This document shows positions 57,932-64,000 of a stretch of 64,000 nucleotides of DNA, one piece after another; within the stretch, counting starts at the first letter, position 1, and each line of letters begins with the position of its first letter. Both the position numbers and the translations under genes were made by a program. The DNA lies in assembly GCF_026626765.1 (NCBI RefSeq), contig NZ_JAPNJZ010000012.1, positions 77,012-141,011 of the forward strand. The letters run 5' to 3'. This DNA is from Corallococcus sp. bb12-1 (lineage in GTDB: Bacteria; Myxococcota; Myxococcia; Myxococcales; Myxococcaceae). The notes under the pieces are model-generated. The model ran no database searches, was not told the origin of the DNA, and saw only the letters and a list, made by a program, of their open reading frames with translations.

Positions 57932-60087
57932 AGCGCGGCATCCCTGCTGCCCTGTTGCTGAGCGCCGCGAGTCTCACGAGCGCCTGCTCCGACACCACCT
58001 CCACGGCGGGCGCCGCGGGCCTGTCGGGCACGTACGACGTGGTGCTCTCCAACCAGCTCGTCTTCGTCACCTCCCAGGACCGGGACGAGCTGCGCGTGTT
58101 GGACCTCACGCGCTCGCCCCGCGAATACATCCCCGCGCCCAACCCGCTGGAGCCCCTGGCCATCCCCGTCGTCGCGCGGCCCGACTCGCTCACGCGCGAC
58201 GTGGGCTACGACGCCGAGGGCAACGACGTGTCCGGTCCGTACATCTACGCCCGCAGCTCCGGCGGGCGGAGCATCTCCGTGGTGGCCGCCGACCGCGCGC
58301 GCCTCAACGAGGTGACGCGGCTGTCCACCGGCCAGCTCATCACCGCCTTCGCCGCGCACGCCCCGGTGGCCGAGGGCGCGCCGAGCGTCCTGTACTACGC
58401 GCTCCAGACCCGCCCGGAGGCCGCCGAAGCGCTCTGCGGTCCCTTCGGGGGCGGGGTGGTGATGCGCCAGGACCTGCCGGCCCCGGACGCCTTCGACGCC
58501 GCGGCCCTGCCGGCCGCGCTGCCCGTCTTCTGCCTGCAACCGGCGGACACGGTGCTGTCCATGATCACGCTGCCCGCGCGGGCGGGCGTGACGGACTCGC
58601 TGGTCATCGCCATCCGCAACGTGACGGGCACCAGCCGGCTCGTGCGCGCTGTCGCGGATGGCGCTTCGGTGGAGGTCGCCTACAAGCGTCCGCGCCCGGC
58701 GCCGTACACGGTGCCGACGTACACGGACCTGGTGGACATCCCGGCGCGGCTCGTCACCACCCATCCGGCCTACGGGCCGACGGCCACCCGGGTGGCCCAG
58801 GGCCGGTACGTATACGTGGTGCTCGACGAGCTCACGTGCGTCTCCGCGGATTGCGAGGGCGTCATCGCGCTCGACAACGGGCCGGATCCCCTGGTGCCGT
58901 CCGCGACGCCGGTGCTCGCGCGCGACGTCACCGGCGCGCCCATGCTGACGCTGAAGCCGTCCGGCGGCCTGCCCACCGGGCTCACCCTGCGCGCGGGCCT
59001 GGAGGTGCGCGAGTTCCTGTCGGACAGCATCGCGTACACGTCCCCCATCCCGCTGTTGGGCATCGTGCCGTCGTCCAACGGACAGGTCACCCTGTTCCGC
59101 GCCGACGAGCGCCGCGCGTTCAACCTGGACCGGGATCCCATCACGGGCCCGCTGCCTGCCACGGTGACGGTGGAGCTGCGCGACGGCTCGGAGCTCATCC
59201 GGCCGGACCAGGTCCGGAGCATCGAAGTCAATCAGCCGGGGTGTCCGCAGCGCGCGGACGTGGCCAATGCGGACGCCTTCCTGTGTGACGGGACGCTGCC
59301 CTCCGGGACCTACCGCTTCGTCTTCCAGGGCATCCTGCCGGGCCTCGTCAATCTGGCGCGCGACCTGAACGTGGAGGATCCGCCCTTCCTGGTGGAGACG
59401 TCGCTGGTCGCGGCCCGCACCGTGGTTCCGGGCGACTCCCTCGTGCTGGCGAACAACGTGGGGGCCTGCGAGCAGACCGTCAAGGTGCTTCGCCTGGAGG
59501 ACCTGGGGGATGGTCGCACCCAGCTCTTCCCAGACCTGGGGGACGCGGCCACCGTCAGTGCCCTGGAGACGTGCGCCACGTATCCGTTCTTCTCCGTACG
59601 CGCCGGCCCGACCGTGAAGCCCTTCGTCCTCTACTCGGGCCTGGAGACCAGCGACTCCTACGTGCAGCGATTGAACGTCAACGAGATCTACACGGTGTCC
59701 AGCTTCCTGGATTATTACTACCACGCTGATGGCTTCGACCTGGGCCTGGACCCGCCCAAGTCGCCCACGACCTTCGTGCCCGCGCCGCTGTCGCTCACCC
59801 TGACGGCGAAGTTTGGAGGGGCCGATCGGCTCGGCGTCGGCGACCGCTACGTGGTGACGCTGCTGCCGCGCTTCCGGCGCTTCATCTTCGGCGTGGACAC
59901 CGGGTCCGGCAGCTCGCTGACCAACCTGGGGGCCTACACCCTGCCTGGCTCCGTGGTGGCCACGGACGTGGGTGGCTCCAGTCTGGCCTACATCGCGTAT
60001 CCTTCCGCGGACGGCGTGCTCCAGGTGGCCCTGGAGCAGATCAGCGACAACGCGGACAACCTCCAGTACCTCCGGGCCTTCCAGTAA
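57910..60087 (+). CDS. Hypothetical lipoprotein, beta-propeller-like, paralog-like neighbour
   Basis: GTG start overlapping the upstream stop by 22 nt (a TTG at 57928 is an alternative). Lipobox LTSACS. Segments LVFVTSQDRDELRVLDL and YVYVVLDEL resemble propeller blades. 725 aa. Confidence 0.6.
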   Translation: MPGEPTLKRGIPAALLLSAASLTSACSDTTSTAGAAGLSGTYDVVLSNQLVFVTSQDRDELRVLDLTRSPREYIPAPNPLEPLAIPVVARPDSLTRDVGYDAEGNDVSGPYIYARSSGGRSISVVAADRARLNEVTRLSTGQLITAFAAHAPVAEGAPSVLYYALQTRPEAAEALCGPFGGGVVMRQDLPAPDAFDAAALPAALPVFCLQPADTVLSMITLPARAGVTDSLVIAIRNVTGTSRLVRAVADGASVEVAYKRPRPAPYTVPTYTDLVDIPARLVTTHPAYGPTATRVAQGRYVYVVLDELTCVSADCEGVIALDNGPDPLVPSATPVLARDVTGAPMLTLKPSGGLPTGLTLRAGLEVREFLSDSIAYTSPIPLLGIVPSSNGQVTLFRADERRAFNLDRDPITGPLPATVTVELRDGSELIRPDQVRSIEVNQPGCPQRADVANADAFLCDGTLPSGTYRFVFQGILPGLVNLARDLNVEDPPFLVETSLVAARTVVPGDSLVLANNVGACEQTVKVLRLEDLGDGRTQLFPDLGDAATVSALETCATYPFFSVRAGPTVKPFVLYSGLETSDSYVQRLNVNEIYTVSSFLDYYYHADGFDLGLDPPKSPTTFVPAPLSLTLTAKFGGADRLGVGDRYVVTLLPRFRRFIFGVDTGSGSSLTNLGAYTLPGSVVATDVGGSSLAYIAYPSADGVLQVALEQISDNADNLQYLRAFQ

Positions 60088-60150
60088 CTGGGCGGGCCCG
60101 AACGGCTCTGCTATCGTTCCCCACGTTCAGCATTTCCCGAGCCAAGACCG

Positions 60151-61011
60151 ATGATCGATCAGAACTCCCGTCCCGCACGCAAGGTCGGCATCGCCGAGCA
60201 CCTGTGGGAGACGTACGAAGAGATGGCCCAGCAGATGGGGTCGGATCGCGACGCGCTGATCAACCAGGCGCTCTTCATGTTCGCGCGCCTCAACGGCTTC
60301 ATCGACGTGAAGGTGAAGGCCGAGCCCTCCGTGGCGGCGGTGCCTGCCGCCACGCCGACCCCCCGTCCAGCCTCCCCGCCGCCCGCGGCCGCCGCGTCCA
60401 AGGGCGCGCCGCCGGTGCTCGCGCCCGCGCGCGCCGAACCCGCCCGGGCCGCCCCGCGCAACGTGGAGGAGCGTCCGTCCTCCAACGGCCTGGACAATGA
60501 TCCGGTGCGCCGCGAGGTGGCCGAGCGCGTCCTGGAGACGGCCGCCGAACTGGAGCGGCTCATCAAGGGCAAGAATGATCCGCCGCCTCCGTCCGCCGAC
60601 GACATGATCGAGGAGGAGGACGAGGATCCCCTGCCCGACCAGGAGGATCCGCCGCTCGAGGACGAGCTGGAGGACGAGCCCCCCGACGAGGCCGAGGAGG
60701 AGCCGCCGGAGGAGGTCGACGAGGAGGAGGGCGCGTCGCTCTACCTGGTCACCGAATCCGGTGAGCAGGAGAAGATCATCAAGGACCGCTACGTCATCGG
60801 CCGCGGCAAGCACTGCGACTTCGTCATCAACTCCGGCAAGGTGTCGCGCGAGCACGCCGTCATCGCCCGCGACGGCGGCGAGTTCTACATCGAGGACCTC
60901 GGCTCCTCGAACGGGACCTGGTTCAACAAGCAGCGCATCAAGCGCCGCAAGGTCGAGGACGGGGACGAGTACTTCATCTGCAGCGAGAAGATCCGCCTCG
61001 TCATCCACTGA
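60151..61011 (+). CDS. FHA-domain protein (N-terminal small helical domain, acidic linker, C-terminal FHA)
   Basis: C-terminal FHA signature YVIGRGKHCDFVINSGKVSREHAVIARDGGEFYIEDLGSSNGTWFN. Central D/E/P-rich linker. Confidence 0.8.
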   Translation: MIDQNSRPARKVGIAEHLWETYEEMAQQMGSDRDALINQALFMFARLNGFIDVKVKAEPSVAAVPAATPTPRPASPPPAAAASKGAPPVLAPARAEPARAAPRNVEERPSSNGLDNDPVRREVAERVLETAAELERLIKGKNDPPPPSADDMIEEEDEDPLPDQEDPPLEDELEDEPPDEAEEEPPEEVDEEEGASLYLVTESGEQEKIIKDRYVIGRGKHCDFVINSGKVSREHAVIARDGGEFYIEDLGSSNGTWFNKQRIKRRKVEDGDEYFICSEKIRLVIH

Positions 61012-61114
61012 TGACGCAGTGCCCCCCGGTTCGAGGGTCGTGTTCAGCATTTGACGGGCTTGGGGCCTCCCTGGTTTGATGGGGGTCGCCTGCCCGCCTT
61101 GGGACAGGTGCCGA

Positions 61115-61651
61115 ATGACACCTGCTCAATCCGTGCTGTGGACGATTCTGGGAGTGGCCCTGGTGCTTGCGGTGGTGACCGACGTGCTGCGCCGGCTCAT
61201 CCCCAACGTCGTGACCTATCCGCTCATCGTGCTGGGGCTCGGGGTGCGCGGGTGGGCGGAAGGGGTGGGCGGGCTGGAGTCGGGGCTTTTGAGTGGGGTG
61301 CTCGCGGGCACGGGACTGGCGCTGCTGCTGGTCCCCGGCGCGCTGCGCGGGCGCATGGGGTGGGGTGACGTCAAGCTGATGGCGGGCGTGGGCTGTGTGC
61401 TGGGGTTCCCGACGGTGCTCGCGGCGGCGGCCTTCATCTCGTTGGTGGGAGCGCTCCAGGCGGTCGTCACGCTGCTATGGCAGGGTGCCGTCTGGGACAC
61501 GCTGGCGGCGGTGGCCCGTCGCTGGGCGGTGCGGGCGAAATGGATGCGCGAGGAAACCTCGCCCTCGCCCGTGCGACACATCCCCTACGGCGTCTCCATC
61601 GCGCTCGGGACTTTCTGGGCCATGTGGTGGCAGCAACAACATCTGGGATAG
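61115..61651 (+). CDS. A24-family prepilin peptidase (CpaA/TadV-like)
   Basis: Polytopic membrane protein with the two catalytic Asp contexts (VVTDVLRRLIPN and GWGDVKLMAG). Confidence 0.8.
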   Translation: MTPAQSVLWTILGVALVLAVVTDVLRRLIPNVVTYPLIVLGLGVRGWAEGVGGLESGLLSGVLAGTGLALLLVPGALRGRMGWGDVKLMAGVGCVLGFPTVLAAAAFISLVGALQAVVTLLWQGAVWDTLAAVARRWAVRAKWMREETSPSPVRHIPYGVSIALGTFWAMWWQQQHLG

Positions 61652-61697
61652 CGCGCGGACCGTCAGCGCGCACGCACGCAAGAAGGGGATTCACACG

Positions 61698-63146
61698 ATG
61701 TCCACTCGCTTCACGCACGCCGTAGCGCTTGGCGCCCTCGTCACCCTGGTGGCCAGTGCCCCCGCCCTGGCCCAGGAGGGCAGCACCGTCAGCCTCGGGG
61801 TGGGTACTCAGAAGGTGCTCACCATCCCCGGCCTGAGCCGCGTCGCGCTGGGCGACCCGTCCATCGCCGAGGTGAAGACGCTGGGCACCGGCCAGCTGCT
61901 CGTCACCGGCCAGACGGAAGGCAAGACGACGCTGCTCGTCTGGAAGTCCTCGGGTCAGCGCATCAGCTACCTGGTGACGGTCCGCAAGCAGGACCCCAAC
62001 GAGGTCATCTCCGAAATCAAGCGCCTGCTGGGCGAAATCGAAGGCGTGTCCGTGCGCATGGTGGGTGACCGCATCTACCTGGACGGTCAGGCCTACACCA
62101 CGCAGGACGCGGACCGCATCGAGCAGGTGGTGAGCCTCTATCCGAACGTGAAGTCGTTCGTGAAGATCGCCCCCAACGCCAAGAAGCTGGTGGCCCAGAA
62201 CCTGAACGCGGCCTTCCAGAAGGCGGGCCTGAAGAACGTGCAGGCCAACGTGGTGGGCGCGACCATCTTCCTGGAGGGCTCCGTGGAGAGCCAGCAGGAC
62301 CTGCAGAAGGCGGAGCTCATCACCAAGGCCATCGGCGAGAAGGTGGAGAACCTGCTCGTCGTCGGCATCAAGCGGATGATCCTCTCCGAGGTGCAGTTCG
62401 TTGAAATCCGCCGCAACAGCCGCGACCGCTACGGCATCAAGTACCCCACCGACATCACGGGCGGCCTCACCGGCACGTTGAACCTCACCAAGGCGCTCCT
62501 GCCGTCGGGTGACGCGGTCTCCGACCTCATCCTGGGCGCGACCGGTTCGTCGGAGCTGAGCATCGGCTTCCAGGCCAACGACGGTTACGGCCGCCTGCTG
62601 GCGCAGCCCAAGCTGGTGTGCGCGAGCGGTGAGAAGGCGGAGTTCCTCGCCGGTGGCGAGGTGCCCATCCCGCTCATCACCAACACGCAGTTCACGGTGG
62701 AGTACAAGCCGTACGGCGTCATCCTGAACATCCGCCCCACCGCGGACCGCAACGGCAACATCCAGACGGAAGTGGAGGCCGAGGCCTCCGAAATCGACAC
62801 GTCCGTGTCGGTGTCCTTCGGTGGTTCGTCCGCCATCCCCGGCTTCCGCACCCGCAAGGTGAAGACGAACGTCACCGTGCGCCACGGAGAGACGATCGTG
62901 CTGTCGGGCGTGTTCAGCCACGACGAGCAGAAGGCCGTCGCGAAGCTGCCGGGCCTGGGCAACATCCCCATCGTGGGCGAGCTGTTCAAGAACCGCGCGT
63001 TCGACTCCACCAAGCGCGAACTGGTGATCTTCGTCACCCCGCGCATCGTGAACCCGGACTCGGACAAGGTCCGCAGCATCATCGAGGACGTGAAGACCCG
63101 CTACAAGCAGGCCCGGTCCGAAGTGAACTTCAACATCTTCGACTGA
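61698..63146 (+). CDS. Secretin of a Tad/Flp-type apparatus (CpaC/RcpA-like)
   Basis: Signal peptide. N-terminal CpaC-type pilus-formation domain. C-terminal secretin domain (…GVILNIRPTADRNGNI…; …VLSGVFSHDEQKAVAKLPGLGNIPIVGELFKNRAFDSTKRELVIFVTPRIV). Confidence 0.85.
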   Translation: MSTRFTHAVALGALVTLVASAPALAQEGSTVSLGVGTQKVLTIPGLSRVALGDPSIAEVKTLGTGQLLVTGQTEGKTTLLVWKSSGQRISYLVTVRKQDPNEVISEIKRLLGEIEGVSVRMVGDRIYLDGQAYTTQDADRIEQVVSLYPNVKSFVKIAPNAKKLVAQNLNAAFQKAGLKNVQANVVGATIFLEGSVESQQDLQKAELITKAIGEKVENLLVVGIKRMILSEVQFVEIRRNSRDRYGIKYPTDITGGLTGTLNLTKALLPSGDAVSDLILGATGSSELSIGFQANDGYGRLLAQPKLVCASGEKAEFLAGGEVPIPLITNTQFTVEYKPYGVILNIRPTADRNGNIQTEVEAEASEIDTSVSVSFGGSSAIPGFRTRKVKTNVTVRHGETIVLSGVFSHDEQKAVAKLPGLGNIPIVGELFKNRAFDSTKRELVIFVTPRIVNPDSDKVRSIIEDVKTRYKQARSEVNFNIFD

Positions 63147-63204
63147 CGGGGGAGCCCTTCACGGGCGCCCTGAAAGCGACCGCCTCCGACCCCCGGGCCG
63201 GCCC

Positions 63205-63232
63205 CGCTCCCCTCCCAAGAGGGGGGAGGGTG
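63205..63232 (+). other. GC hairpin in the secretin / FHA-ATPase intergenic region
   Basis: CCCTCCC-AAGA-GGGGGGAGGG inverted repeat. Possible attenuator or processing site. Confidence 0.3.
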
Positions 63233-63313
63233 CCGGCCCGAGAGCTTGCGGGCAGGCGAGCGCGTGCGCAGGAGCCTTTGAGGACGCAGGAGGGCTTGGT
63301 AGCATCCCGACCC

Positions 63314-64000
63314 ATGTTTCTCATCACCCTGGCGGAGAAGGGCGGCGGGACGGAGCAGCGGGAATACCCCAAGAACGAGGTCACCATTGGCCGGCTCGCC
63401 GGCAATGACATCGTCCTCGGCAAGGGGAATGTCTCCAAGTACCACTCCCGCATCGTCGAGAAGGACGGACGCTTCATCATCGTGGACATGAAGTCCACGA
63501 ACGGCACCTTCGTGAACGGCAAGAAGATTGCCGGGCCCATGGTGCTGAAGCCCACGGATCAGGTCTCCATCGGGGACTACATCCTCAACGTCGAAGCGCT
63601 GGAGGACGCGCCGCAGGACGACGCGCAGGGCGAAGAGGCGTACGACGAGGAGCAGGGCGAGGAGGCCTACGAGGAGGAAGAGGCCTACGAGGAGGAGGAG
63701 CCCTACGAAGAGGAGGAGGCTCCGGCTCCCGCCGCGCCCAGCCGCATGCCCGCGTCCATGGCCGCGGCCATGGCGAAGAACAAGAAGAAGGTGGACCCGA
63801 AGCTGGAGCGCTACTCGCGCCTCCAGAAGGAGATCCACGACCGGCTCATCGAGTACCTGGACCTGCGTCGCATGGACATGGACCGGCTCGGGGACGAGGA
63901 GCTGTGGCGCCGCACCGAGAAGGCCATCCGCGACATCATCGACCAGATGGAAGCGGACGGAGAGCTTCCCACGGACGTGGACCGCGAAGAGCTGCTCACC
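63314..64000 (+). CDS. Partial CDS (continues past window end): FHA domain fused to the N-terminal region of a CpaF/TadA-type secretion ATPase
   Basis: N-terminal FHA (…VTIGRLAGNDIVLGKGNVSKYHSRIVEKDGRFIIVDMKSTNGTFVNG…). Acidic EEAYEEE repeats. Then LERYSRLQKEIHDRLIEYLDLRRMDMDRL…, which is typical of the CpaF N-terminal helical domain. No stop within the window. Confidence 0.75.
   Translation, partial: MFLITLAEKGGGTEQREYPKNEVTIGRLAGNDIVLGKGNVSKYHSRIVEKDGRFIIVDMKSTNGTFVNGKKIAGPMVLKPTDQVSIGDYILNVEALEDAPQDDAQGEEAYDEEQGEEAYEEEEAYEEEEPYEEEEAPAPAAPSRMPASMAAAMAKNKKKVDPKLERYSRLQKEIHDRLIEYLDLRRMDMDRLGDEELWRRTEKAIRDIIDQMEADGELPTDVDREELLT
63628..63722 (+). repeat. Short in-frame tandem repeat (GAGGAGG/CCTACGAGGAGGA units) encoding an acidic E/A/Y-rich linker
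   Basis: GAGGAGGCCTACGAGGAGGAAGAGGCCTACGAGGAGGAGGAGCCCTACGAAGAGGAGGAG: imperfect repeats of about 18 nt, visible by eye. Confidence 0.6.

Noticed and set aside
63628-63722. Short tandem DNA repeats, possible CRISPR or minisatellite
   Set aside because: Repeats are in-frame codon repeats (GAGGAG/GCCTAC) inside a CDS encoding an acidic linker. There are no spacer-repeat architecture and no cas genes. Not a CRISPR array.

Overview
This is a high-GC window (about 69% GC, strong GC3 codon bias) that reads like a Myxococcus-type chromosome; that assignment is inference. Large ORFs on the antisense strand are pervasive artefacts of the GC content and are not reported as genes.

The window opens with a partial membrane-protein gene, then metF divergent from a gcvT-gcvH-gcvP glycine-cleavage operon, then a CDF efflux gene. 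Next comes an envelope cluster on the minus strand (TonB-C-domain protein, SpoIID/LytB lipoprotein) followed by a parallel beta-helix lipoprotein on the plus strand. A lone tRNA-Cys follows, then housekeeping genes (acyl-CoA dehydrogenase, asd, fdxA, GNAT, hrpB, HAD, HEAT, DsrE-like) and an accessory patch (vWA lipoprotein, rimK, rlmB).

The centre is the universally conserved block tRNA-Thr/Tyr/Gly/Thr-tuf-rpmG-tRNA-Trp-secE-nusG-rplK-rplA-rplJ-rplL-rpoB-rpoC, with recognisable leaders and terminators. Downstream lie two phasin-like genes, a lytic transglycosylase, recO, a PfkB-family kinase, two tandem RlaP-like nucleotidyltransferases, a PEGA-domain Ser/Thr kinase and glyQS.

The 3' end is the most interesting part. 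Two tandem beta-propeller-like lipoproteins are followed by a Tad/Flp-like secretion-pilus cluster: an FHA protein, a prepilin peptidase, a secretin, and an FHA::CpaF-type ATPase truncated by the window edge. This closely resembles the Tad-like 'Kil' apparatus described for contact-dependent prey killing in Myxococcus xanthus; that match is from recollection and needs a database check.
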